From contig CAJJCW010000002.1 of the NCBI GenBank assembly GCA_905182885.1, positions 24,107 through 88,106 on the forward strand: DNA of 64,000 nucleotides, given 5' to 3'. Made by a program: the position numbers and the translations under genes. This document shows positions 41,447-50,498 of the stretch, piece by piece. Position 1 is the first letter of the stretch; each line of letters starts with the position of its first letter. Origin of the DNA: SAR86 cluster bacterium SAR86B (lineage in GTDB: Bacteria > Pseudomonadota > Gammaproteobacteria > Magnimaribacterales > D2472). The notes under the pieces were generated by a model. That model had not been told where the DNA came from, ran no database searches, and saw nothing but the letters and a program-made list of their open reading frames with translations.

Positions 41447-42337
41447 ATGCTGTCATCTAAACAAATAGAAATCTTTTACGAGGTCTATAAAAACAATTCT
41501 ATGACCATAGCAGCAGAAAGACTCGGCATATCACAACCCTCTGTAAGCAAAACACTTTCTGTGATGGAAAAAAACCTCGGTTTTAAACTGTTTATAAGAG
41601 AAGGTAAAAGACTTTACCCGAGTGAAGAAGCAAACGATTTATACGAGCATGCCTCAATCGTTAACAGTCAGTTAAAAAACTTTAACTATATAGCAAATAC
41701 CTTTAAATCAAGATCAACAGATTTTATAAATATAGGTACTACTCCCTCCTTAGCGGAAACAATAGTTCCGGAACTAATAAAAAAATACTTAACTACAAAC
41801 CCCAACACTAGATTTAATTTAATTAACTTAAACAGTATTGATCTTATTGAAGATAGGTATAAGCCAGATATTGATATGACCATTTGCTTTAATGCTCCAA
41901 AAAAAAATAAACTTAAAAGTGCTGTTATAAAGACAGGAAGGCATGTTTTGGTATCTCCGAAATCTTTTGAAATCAAAGACAGTGTTGATTTAAGAAACAT
42001 GTCCAAGTTCCCTTATATAGAGATAACTAATCTTTTATCCCTTTACACAGAAAACAGCATAATGAACTATTTAATACAAAATAATATAAAAATGGATTTT
42101 TTTGCCAAGTCAGATTCCTACTCAGCGGCCCTTTCAATGATCAGCCAAGGCATCGGTATTTCTATTCTTGATGATAATACCTCTCAAAGGGCAGATTTAA
42201 ACAAAGTGAATATATCAGATATCGAGAATACAAATTTTGAATACGAGGTTAATGCCTTATTAAAGAAAGAAGTAGTAAGAAGTGATTGTGATAAGTTTTT
42301 TAACTTTCTTTGTGAATCCGATCTATCAAGTCATTAA
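41447..42337 (+). CDS. LysR-family transcriptional regulator
   Basis: N-terminal wHTH (FYEVYKNNSMTIAAERLGISQPSVSKTLSVMEKNLGFKLF) plus a substrate-binding-type C-domain. It is divergent from the TBDR across a 125-bp spacer. Confidence 0.85.
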   Translation: MLSSKQIEIFYEVYKNNSMTIAAERLGISQPSVSKTLSVMEKNLGFKLFIREGKRLYPSEEANDLYEHASIVNSQLKNFNYIANTFKSRSTDFINIGTTPSLAETIVPELIKKYLTTNPNTRFNLINLNSIDLIEDRYKPDIDMTICFNAPKKNKLKSAVIKTGRHVLVSPKSFEIKDSVDLRNMSKFPYIEITNLLSLYTENSIMNYLIQNNIKMDFFAKSDSYSAALSMISQGIGISILDDNTSQRADLNKVNISDIENTNFEYEVNALLKKEVVRSDCDKFFNFLCESDLSSH

Positions 42338-43715
42338 TTCTTTTTACGACCTCTGACTGATCAAATAAAAACATTGTTAAACCAAGAGATGGAGAATTGG
42401 TAGAGCCTGTAAGAGCTATTCTTAAAGGTTGATTCACCTGAGGAATCTTTAGATTTTTTTCTTCCCTATATTCTAATAAAAGACTATCTAAAGATTCCTC
42501 TGTCCAGTTGGAGGTATCTGAAATCTTAGACCTAAGATCAGTAAGTACTTCACTAGAATCGCCAATAAACTTATTAATTGCATTTTCATTATAGTTTTCA
42601 ACATCTAAAAAGAAGCATTGTAGATTGCTAGCAACGCTGCTAAAGGTAGTTCCCGAAGATCTCATTGATTCAATGAGTAAATCTATTTTAGGATGAGTAT
42701 CAATATCTATAGCCAGTTTAACCATAAATGGTTTTAAAAAAGATTTAAAATCTTCTAATGAAAGATTAGCCATATGTTGTGAGTTGAGAAAGTCTAGTTT
42801 AGTAATATCAAAAATAGCACCTGCTTTTTGAACTTCGGATATTTCAAAATCTCTAATTAAGTCTTCTAAATAAAAAACCTCACTCTCTCCTTTTGACCAG
42901 CCTAATCTTGCTAGGGTGTTAAGAATTGCTGAATCTAGATAGCCTAATTCCTGATACTCCTCTAGGCTAGTTGCAGCATGTCTTTTTGAAAGTCTTTTTT
43001 TATCTTCCCCTAGCACCAAAGGAAGATGGGCATACTCTAGCTCAGGGTAACCAAGTGCTTTTTGAATATGGATCTGTCTTGGGGTATTGCTAGTATGATC
43101 CTCTCCACGAATTACGGTTGTAACACCTTGCTCATAATCATCAACAACGTTGCAAAGATGATAAGTAGGTGTTCCATCTCCTCTTAAAATGATTAAATCA
43201 TCAAGCTCAGAGTTATTAAAAACGATATCTCCTCTTACAAAATCTTTAAGGATAACCTCTCCTTCTAGGGGTGTTTTTAATCTTAGTACTCTTTTTTCTA
43301 ATTTTTCCAGCTTTAGCTCTCGGCATCTTCCGTCGTATTGGGGTTTTTGGCCATTAGCCTGTTGATCAGATCTCATTTTTTCCAACCTTTCAACAGAGCA
43401 TTCACAATAATAAGCCTGATTAGAATCTAAGATTTTCTGAGCTGCACTTGTATAAATATCATTTCTTTCTGATTGATTAATTGGACTTTGGTCAGGTGAA
43501 AGGCCAATTGAGTGAAGGCTATCTAAAATATTTTTTTCAAATTCTTTAGTTGATCTTGCTCTATCTGTGTCCTCAATCCTAACTAAAAATAAACCATTAT
43601 GTTTTTTAGCATATACGTAATTAAATAAAGCAGTTCTCACTCCTCCTATATGCAATGTTCCAGTTGGGCTAGGTGCAAATCTTGTAATAACCTTTTTCAC
43701 TATACCTTTCTCCAC
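42300..43715 (-). CDS. gltX: Glutamate--tRNA ligase
   Basis: RFAPSPTGTLHIGG (HIGH motif) and KRLSKRH (KMSKS motif); 471 aa. Confidence 0.9.
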   Translation of the reverse strand: MEKGIVKKVITRFAPSPTGTLHIGGVRTALFNYVYAKKHNGLFLVRIEDTDRARSTKEFEKNILDSLHSIGLSPDQSPINQSERNDIYTSAAQKILDSNQAYYCECSVERLEKMRSDQQANGQKPQYDGRCRELKLEKLEKRVLRLKTPLEGEVILKDFVRGDIVFNNSELDDLIILRGDGTPTYHLCNVVDDYEQGVTTVIRGEDHTSNTPRQIHIQKALGYPELEYAHLPLVLGEDKKRLSKRHAATSLEEYQELGYLDSAILNTLARLGWSKGESEVFYLEDLIRDFEISEVQKAGAIFDITKLDFLNSQHMANLSLEDFKSFLKPFMVKLAIDIDTHPKIDLLIESMRSSGTTFSSVASNLQCFFLDVENYNENAINKFIGDSSEVLTDLRSKISDTSNWTEESLDSLLLEYREEKNLKIPQVNQPLRIALTGSTNSPSLGLTMFLFDQSEVVKRINDLIDRIHKES

Positions 43716-44416
43716 ATAGGTTCAACAGAGCTTCTTTCTTTCATGTCTGTAAGTTTAATATCATGTTCTTTTAAGTCATTATCGTTAGCTTTAATTGCGC
43801 TTAGTGCGTAATCATCAGCATTTAGGGTGCTATGCGATAACTCTTCTTTTTTTGATTGAGAGCCATTAGCTGACATAAATTCAAATTTACTTTGACCACC
43901 TGTAAGAAAAATATAAACGTCTGCAAGAATATTGGCATCAAGCAAAGCACCGTGAAAAGTCCTGTCATATCCAGACACTTCAAATCTATTTGCCAAAGCA
44001 TCTAGAGAATTTCTCTGACCAGGAAATTTATCTCTAGCTATCATTAAAGAGTCTTCTATCTCACAAATATCTTCTAGCATTGGATACTTGGAGGATGCTA
44101 ATTTTAATTCATTATTTAAAAAGCCAACATCAAATGCTGCATTATGAATAACCAATGTAGATCCTTCTATAAATTCTAAAAACTCTTCAGCAATCTCATC
44201 GAAAGATGGTTTATCTTCAAGATCTTTATTGTAGATGCCATGAACCTCTGATGCTTCTGGATCTATAAGTCTTGATGGATTAAGGTAAGTATGAAAATGT
44301 TCTTCTGATTTCTTTCTATCATTTAATACAACAGCCCCTATCTCAATCATTCGATGACCTTGGCGCACTTCAAGTCCGGTTGTCTCTGTATCTAAAATGA
44401 TGTATTTTTTTGGCAT
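43700..44416 (-). CDS. dnaQ: DNA polymerase III epsilon subunit (3'-5' exonuclease)
   Basis: Exo motifs ILDTETTGL, HNAAFDVGFL and HGALLDANILADVY. Confidence 0.85.
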   Translation of the reverse strand: MPKKYIILDTETTGLEVRQGHRMIEIGAVVLNDRKKSEEHFHTYLNPSRLIDPEASEVHGIYNKDLEDKPSFDEIAEEFLEFIEGSTLVIHNAAFDVGFLNNELKLASSKYPMLEDICEIEDSLMIARDKFPGQRNSLDALANRFEVSGYDRTFHGALLDANILADVYIFLTGGQSKFEFMSANGSQSKKEELSHSTLNADDYALSAIKANDNDLKEHDIKLTDMKERSSVEPMWRKV

Positions 44417-44423
44417 AGTTTAA

Positions 44424-44855
44424 TTAAAGATTATCAATCCCCTTGTTGGCTAGCTGGTCAGCGATTTCATTTTGTCTGTGACCGGAATGACCTTTTACCC
44501 AGTGCCATCTTACATCATGTTTTTCAGAATATTTATCTAATTCAATCCAGAGTTCTTTATTTTTGACATCCTTCTTTGCAGCATTCTTCCAATTATTTTT
44601 TTTCCAATTTTGAATCCAGGATGTAATACCCTGCATCACATACTTTGAGTCAGTTGTGAGATTAACTATACAAGGTTCTTTTAAAGCCTTTAATCCTTCT
44701 ATTGCAGCTTTAAGCTCCATCTGATTATTGGTAGTTTCTTTTAAACCCCCACAATACTCTTTAGTTGTATCACCATATTCAATGAGCGCTCCCCATCCAC
44801 CTATTCCAGGATTTCCTCTACAGGCGCCATCGGTATAAATATTTACTGTTTTCAT
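44424..44855 (-). CDS. rnhA: Ribonuclease HI
   Basis: [17 protein letters not shown]...NNQMEL...TDSKYV...[20 protein letters not shown]. Confidence 0.9.
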   Translation of the reverse strand: MKTVNIYTDGACRGNPGIGGWGALIEYGDTTKEYCGGLKETTNNQMELKAAIEGLKALKEPCIVNLTTDSKYVMQGITSWIQNWKKNNWKNAAKKDVKNKELWIELDKYSEKHDVRWHWVKGHSGHRQNEIADQLANKGIDNL

Positions 44856-44877
44856 AAAATTAACTTAAAATCTGCAT

Positions 44878-45641
44878 ATGATTAATATAGAACCAATTAA
44901 GGCCTTTAGCGATAATTATATTTGGTTAGTAACAACTAATGAAGGGTCAATTGTAATTGATCCCGGTGAATCTAAAAATACTTTGGATTCATTGAAAAAT
45001 AAACAAATAGATTTAAGCGGCATTCTCATCACCCATCATCATTTTGACCATACAGGTGGAATTAGTGACTTAAGTAAAAATAATACCTTAGATGTTTATG
45101 GTCCCAATAATGATATTGAATCTATAACTAAAAGAGTTATCAATGGAGATGTGATAAATGTTATTGGATTGAGTTTTGAGATAATAGAAATACCAGGTCA
45201 TACGCTTGATCACATTGCCTATTACTCTTTCAATGAAGGTAATCCGATATTGTTTTGTGGCGATACTTTGTTCAGCGGAGGATGCGGAAGAATTTTTGAG
45301 GGAACTTATGAGCAAATGCATAATTCATTAAAAAAGCTGAAGTGTCTTCCTAAAAATACGAAAATATATTGTGGTCATGAGTATACAGAATCCAATTTTA
45401 AATTTGCCTAGAGGTAGACCCTTTGAATGAAGATCTTCAATTGCGATTAAATGAAGTCAAGGAATTAAGAAAGCTAGAAATGCCTACACTTCCTATAACG
45501 CTTGAATCAGAACTTAAGACCAATCCATTTTTAAGATGCGATAATAAGGATATCCAAGAAAGTATTCATAAAAAATTTAATACACCAAGAATCGAAGTTG
45601 ATGTATTTAAGGCAATAAGGGAATGGAAAGACAATTTTTAA
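44878..45641 (+). pseudogene. gloB: Hydroxyacylglutathione hydrolase (glyoxalase II), with an apparent 1-nt deletion at 45406-45411
   Basis: The N-part has THHHFDHTGG and GHTLDH and ends ...CGHEYTESNFKFA then TAG. The -1 frame continues LEVDPLNEDLQ...PTLPITLESELKTNPFLR. The observed GCC TAG AGG would be restored by GCC (C/T)TA GAG G. Confidence 0.85.
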
Positions 45642-47110
45642 TAATAGTAAGCTTAATTTTAATTAGCAGCTGTCAACTCGACCAATCTATTTCTGTTGAT
45701 GAGCTATCTACTGAGTCAGTAGCAATTTACGCAGATGACGAAAATGTTATAAATGAAATTGAAGTGGATAACTTTGTAGCTTCCAATATATGGGAATACA
45801 TTATAGAAAAATCTTCTTTAGAAACTAATGAAGAAATAGACAGTCAAACTCTTTTTTATATGAATACCCATTTAAGAGACATAGAGGCATTTAATGAGTA
45901 TTTAAATAAATCTTACTATTTTATTTATTACGTTGTTCAAGAATTAGAGGCGGCAAATCTTCCTGTTGAATTAGCCTTAGTGCCTTTTATTGAAAGTAAT
46001 TATGACCCCTTCTCCATATCATCATCTGGCGCTGTAGGTCTTTGGCAGTTTATGCCTAAAACGGGCAGATTATTTAATTTAGATAAATCTTGGTGGACTG
46101 AGGACAGACATGACCCATTCAGGTCAACACACGCAGCTATTGGTTACTTTAAATACTTATTGGAGAGATTTGATCAAGACATATATCTTGCTTTAGCTGC
46201 ATATAATGCAGGGCCAACGTATCTTGACAGGCAAATCAGAAAAAACAAAAGGAGAGGCTTGCAAACTAATTTCTGGTCTCTCAACTTATCCAATCAAACA
46301 TCTAATTATGTTCCTAAGTATATTGCGATGAAAGAGCTTGTATTTAACTCAGAAAAATATGGAATCATCTTGCCTGATATTCCAGTTAAGCCTGTTGTAA
46401 AAAAAATACAGATACCGGGACAAGTAGAAATTATGGTTCTGAGTGAATACCTTGATATCAAACCAGAGCTTGTTTACAAATTAAACGCTGGTTACACAAA
46501 GTGGGCGTCTGCTCCAACAGATGAAAGTATTTTTTATATCCCAATTGAAAAAGACTATTTATTAGATAGTGAAGATAATCCCTTTGATAATGAAAGTAAT
46601 ATAAATTGGATATCTCATGTCATTGAAAGAGGTGACAGTCTTTGGAAATTGGCAATAAAATATGACACAGAGGTCGGAATTATTAAGCAAATTAACTATA
46701 TGAATAGTGAGGTGCTCTCTATCGGCAAGACACTTCTCATCCCACTAAGCAAAACTAAAACTAATAATTTTATTCCTTATGAAATGCATATAGTCTCTGA
46801 AGGCGATACTCTTTGGGAGATTGGAATAAAATATAATATTGATGTAAATGATCTGGCTAAGATGAATTCATTAAATAAGTCTTCATATCTTCAACTCGGA
46901 CAACAGCTAACCATAGGTAATAAAAATATTTACAGGAATATGGATTCTAAAAAGAGGACAATTCTTTACTCAGTTAAGCAAGGTGACAATCTCTATAAGA
47001 TATCAGATCTGTTTGATGTCAGTATAAAAAGCATAAAAGATATTAATAATTTTAAAAACTCTGATTTGATGCCCGGGCAGATTATAAAAATTGGTATTAG
47101 TGCTTTTTAA
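45623..47110 (+). CDS. mltD: Membrane-bound lytic murein transglycosylase D-like lipoprotein with three LysM domains
   Basis: Lipobox LISSC. SLT catalytic region VPFIESNYDP...GAVGLWQFMP...AYNAG. Three LysM repeats (HVIERGDSLWKLA..., HIVSEGDTLWEIG..., YSVKQGDNLYKIS...). Confidence 0.8.
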   Translation: MERQFLIIVSLILISSCQLDQSISVDELSTESVAIYADDENVINEIEVDNFVASNIWEYIIEKSSLETNEEIDSQTLFYMNTHLRDIEAFNEYLNKSYYFIYYVVQELEAANLPVELALVPFIESNYDPFSISSSGAVGLWQFMPKTGRLFNLDKSWWTEDRHDPFRSTHAAIGYFKYLLERFDQDIYLALAAYNAGPTYLDRQIRKNKRRGLQTNFWSLNLSNQTSNYVPKYIAMKELVFNSEKYGIILPDIPVKPVVKKIQIPGQVEIMVLSEYLDIKPELVYKLNAGYTKWASAPTDESIFYIPIEKDYLLDSEDNPFDNESNINWISHVIERGDSLWKLAIKYDTEVGIIKQINYMNSEVLSIGKTLLIPLSKTKTNNFIPYEMHIVSEGDTLWEIGIKYNIDVNDLAKMNSLNKSSYLQLGQQLTIGNKNIYRNMDSKKRTILYSVKQGDNLYKISDLFDVSIKSIKDINNFKNSDLMPGQIIKIGISAF

Positions 47111-47961
47111 CTATCGGTTGTCTTAGGATCCAATGCATCCCTTAAGCCATCACCAAAGAAATTTAAGGCAAACAATGTAACTGTAAATGTAATACCTGGA
47201 TATACCAATAACCAGCTATATTCTTCCATGGACTCAACGCCATCTTTTATAAGAGTTCCCCAACTACTCATAGGCGGTTGAATTCCTAAGCCAAGAAAAC
47301 TAAGAAAGCTTTCTAAAAGCATAACCTGCGGAATTGTTAATGTTGCATAAACAGCTATTGGACCAAGAATGTTAGGAAGTAAATGTCTTCTAAACATTGA
47401 AAAATTACTTACGCCCATAGCCTTTGCTGCTAAAACGAACTCTTGATTTTTTAAGCCTATAACCTGCCCCCTAACAATTCTAGACATTGTTAGCCACTCG
47501 ACAGCACCAATGGCTCCAAATAATAGCCATAAGTTACTTCCAAATATAACCATTAGTAAAATTACAAAAATGATGAAAGGAAGTCCATATAAAATGTCTA
47601 CTATACGCATCATTACAGAATCGATTGTTCCACCAAAGAATCCAGCTACTATGCCCCATGAGACACCAATGACTAATGCAACTCCAGTTGCAACAAAACC
47701 AACAAGCAAAGAAACTCTTGCTCCGTATAAAATTCTACTAAATAGGTCTCTTCCTAAGATATCAGTCCCGAGGATATGTTGAGCTGATGGAGGTGCCGCC
47801 CCTAAATCCAAATCTTGATATGCATAAGGATATGGAGCGATCCAAGGTGCTGCAATTGCACACAAAATCAATATGATAAGAATAGAGCCTCCAACCATTG
47901 CTGCTTTATTTCTTGTTAGTCTGTAAAGTGCATCAGACCAAAGTGAAGCGCTGTTACTCAT
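47107..47961 (-). CDS. oppC: Oligopeptide/dipeptide ABC transporter permease
   Basis: 284 aa with an OppC-type N-terminus and the EAA-loop region (LAAKAMGVSNFSMFRRHLLPN). Confidence 0.85.
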   Translation of the reverse strand: MSNSASLWSDALYRLTRNKAAMVGGSILIILILCAIAAPWIAPYPYAYQDLDLGAAPPSAQHILGTDILGRDLFSRILYGARVSLLVGFVATGVALVIGVSWGIVAGFFGGTIDSVMMRIVDILYGLPFIIFVILLMVIFGSNLWLLFGAIGAVEWLTMSRIVRGQVIGLKNQEFVLAAKAMGVSNFSMFRRHLLPNILGPIAVYATLTIPQVMLLESFLSFLGLGIQPPMSSWGTLIKDGVESMEEYSWLLVYPGITFTVTLFALNFFGDGLRDALDPKTTDS

Positions 47962-48881
47962 GAAATATCTCTAGATCTTGGATTTAACCAAAGAGCAGCT
48001 AAATCAGATAAAAGATTAAAAAATACAATCATTGCTGAGAAAAATATAGTGGTGCCAAGAATCATTGTGTAGTCTCTATTTAAAGCGGCTTCTACATAAA
48101 ACCTTCCAAGACCAGGTATTTGAAATATTGTCTCTACAACGAACGAACCTGCAAGTAGGCCAGCGATAGCAGGCCCTAGAAACGATACAACGGGTATTAA
48201 GCCCCCTTGCATAGCATGTTTAATTACAACCATTGTTTCAGTAAGTCCTTTAGCTCTAGCTGTTCTTATAAAGTCTTGATTTAGAACTTCCAACATACCG
48301 CCTCTACTCAATCTAGCAATATATGCAGCGTAAGCAAAGCCTAGGGTTACAGAAGGTAATATTTTATCTCCAGCTAATTGACCCCAGCCAGCTACTGGGA
48401 GCCACTCAAGATTAATACCAAAAATTAGAACCAAAAGAGGCCCCATTAAAAATGTTGGAACGCAAATACCAATCATAGCAATTGCCATTGGTATAAAATC
48501 TAGAAGAGTATTTCTTTTCAAGGCAGCAAGAACACCCGAGAAAACACCTATTACAAGTGCAATCAAAATAGCATATATAGCTAACTCAAAAGTTATAGGA
48601 AGCCCAATACCAATCATCTCTGTTACTGATCTGCCTGGATATTTAAAGGATGGGCCAAAGTCACCCCTTACAATACCTGACATATAATCTGTATATTGCT
48701 CCCACTGAGATGCATTAAGATTGTAGGCTTCATTAAGATTTTTTAAAACCTGAGGTGAGACAGCTTTTTCAGCGTCAAACGGCCCTCCAGGAGCAAGCTT
48801 TACCAAAAAGAAAGTCATAGTAGCAACAGCCAGAAGAACTGGAATAGCCATCAATACTCTTTTGATAAATACCTTGAACAT
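47958..48881 (-). CDS. oppB: Oligopeptide/dipeptide ABC transporter permease
   Basis: 307 aa with an OppB/DppB-type pattern (DFIRTARAKGLTETMVVIKHAMQ). Confidence 0.85.
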   Translation of the reverse strand: MFKVFIKRVLMAIPVLLAVATMTFFLVKLAPGGPFDAEKAVSPQVLKNLNEAYNLNASQWEQYTDYMSGIVRGDFGPSFKYPGRSVTEMIGIGLPITFELAIYAILIALVIGVFSGVLAALKRNTLLDFIPMAIAMIGICVPTFLMGPLLVLIFGINLEWLPVAGWGQLAGDKILPSVTLGFAYAAYIARLSRGGMLEVLNQDFIRTARAKGLTETMVVIKHAMQGGLIPVVSFLGPAIAGLLAGSFVVETIFQIPGLGRFYVEAALNRDYTMILGTTIFFSAMIVFFNLLSDLAALWLNPRSRDIS

Positions 48882-48888
48882 CTATGTT

Positions 48889-50496
48889 TTAATCTCTTTC
48901 TAAATAGATATATTTAGGGTGATGGTGATCCAAGTAATTAGGGTAATACCCTTTAACATCTGAAGAAAGCTGGTAAGAACGTACGTATGTATATAAAGGA
49001 ATTATAGGCATCTCATCTATCAATATCTTTTCTGCTTTTCCTAAAAGAGCATATCTTACCTCTTGGCTATTCTCTGAATTAGCTTGTTCAATCAAGCGAT
49101 CATATTCTTCATTCTCCCATCCAGTTTTATTATTTCCTCTATTTGGCCTAAGAGTATCTAAAAATGTATTTGGGTCTTCATAGTCGCCTATCCAACCAGC
49201 TCTAGAAACTTGGAAGTCTCCGATCATCTCTCTAGCTAGATAGACCTTCCAGTCCTGGTTAACCAGAACAATATCAACACCTAGGTTTTGCTGCCACATT
49301 TGCTGAATAGCAAGCGCTAATTTTCTATGATCTTCATTAGTATTAAATAAAATTTCTAGTTTAGGAAATTCATTTTCAGGACCGTAACCGGCTTCTACTA
49401 ATAGCTGTTTAGCGAGTTCTGGGTCAAATGGTATCTCTGTATCAGGCTGATAACCTGCTGAGCCTGGAGGTGTGAAAGAATAAGCAGGTATTTGCCCACA
49501 TTTTGTAACTTTTTCAACTAATTTCTTTCTATCTATGGAATAAGCTAAGGCCTTTCTAACCCTGACGTCTGTTAAAACAGGATTTTTGGTATTAAGTCTA
49601 TAAAAATAGGTTCCCATATATGGGTCCACTCTTAAATCTGGATTTTTCTCTTCAATGTATACAGGACATTTTTGTGAAGGTAGTGTCGATGTCACATGAA
49701 GCTGCCCAGCTCTAAACATTCTATCTTCAGTCATGACATTTTGAACTGGGTAATAGTGAATTTCATTTAACTTAACTATATTTGAATCCCAATATAATGG
49801 ATTTTTTTCAACTACGATTCTGCTATTAAGTTCCCAAGATTTTAAATTGAAAGGGCCATTGCAAACAAAGTTACCTGGTCTAGTCCATTGACCATTTCTA
49901 TCATCTATTGTTCCATGCTTTAAAACTGTATCTTTATGAACAGGCCATGTACTGTAATGACTTAGTAGGCCAAGAAAAAATGGAGTTGGGTTATTTAAAT
50001 GAACTCTAAATGTATAGTCATCGATCACCTCAACACCAACATCATCAAAATTATCAGTAATACCATTATGGTAATCTGAGGCACCTTTAACGTAGTAAAG
50101 CATATCAGGATATTGAGAGCCCAAAGACGGAGTTAATAATCTTTTCCATGACCATGCAAAATCTTGAGCTGTTAAAGGCTCACCATTTGACCATTTGCCA
50201 TTTTTTTGAAGATAAAAAGTATATGAAGTCCCATCTTCGCTAATATCCCATGACTCAGCAGCTCCAGGAAGATTAGCTCCTCCATTTGGATTTGAGGAAG
50301 TTAAGCCCTCGCATAAAGAAATAAGAAGATGGTGCTCAGGAACTCCTGTAACTATATGAGGGTCAATCCCTTGGGGTTCAGAGCCGTTTCCAAAATGAAA
50401 AATTTGCTTATCAAGACCATCATCAACAGGACTTAGGCTTGAAGAGCATCCAGAAATAAAGATAATAACTGTTAGCGTTAGGTATAAATGTCTCAT
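48889..50496 (-). CDS. oppA: Peptide ABC transporter substrate-binding protein (family 5), predicted lipoprotein
   Basis: 535 aa. Signal peptide with lipobox FISGC. OppA/DppA-like architecture. Confidence 0.85.
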   Translation of the reverse strand: MRHLYLTLTVIIFISGCSSSLSPVDDGLDKQIFHFGNGSEPQGIDPHIVTGVPEHHLLISLCEGLTSSNPNGGANLPGAAESWDISEDGTSYTFYLQKNGKWSNGEPLTAQDFAWSWKRLLTPSLGSQYPDMLYYVKGASDYHNGITDNFDDVGVEVIDDYTFRVHLNNPTPFFLGLLSHYSTWPVHKDTVLKHGTIDDRNGQWTRPGNFVCNGPFNLKSWELNSRIVVEKNPLYWDSNIVKLNEIHYYPVQNVMTEDRMFRAGQLHVTSTLPSQKCPVYIEEKNPDLRVDPYMGTYFYRLNTKNPVLTDVRVRKALAYSIDRKKLVEKVTKCGQIPAYSFTPPGSAGYQPDTEIPFDPELAKQLLVEAGYGPENEFPKLEILFNTNEDHRKLALAIQQMWQQNLGVDIVLVNQDWKVYLAREMIGDFQVSRAGWIGDYEDPNTFLDTLRPNRGNNKTGWENEEYDRLIEQANSENSQEVRYALLGKAEKILIDEMPIIPLYTYVRSYQLSSDVKGYYPNYLDHHHPKYIYLERD

Positions 50497-50498
50497 TA

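Noticed and set aside
5084-45411. The CCTAG pentamer occurs at or near three frame breaks (5088, 32033, 45407). I considered a specific recoding or editing signal.
   Set aside because: In the ELM1-like gene the upstream frame already stops (TGA at 5084-5086) before the CCTAG, so the break is not at the motif. The fabI and gloB cases are explained more simply by loss of one base from a short C or T run. CCTAG also occurs elsewhere (5113, 29232, 31345) without any disruption.
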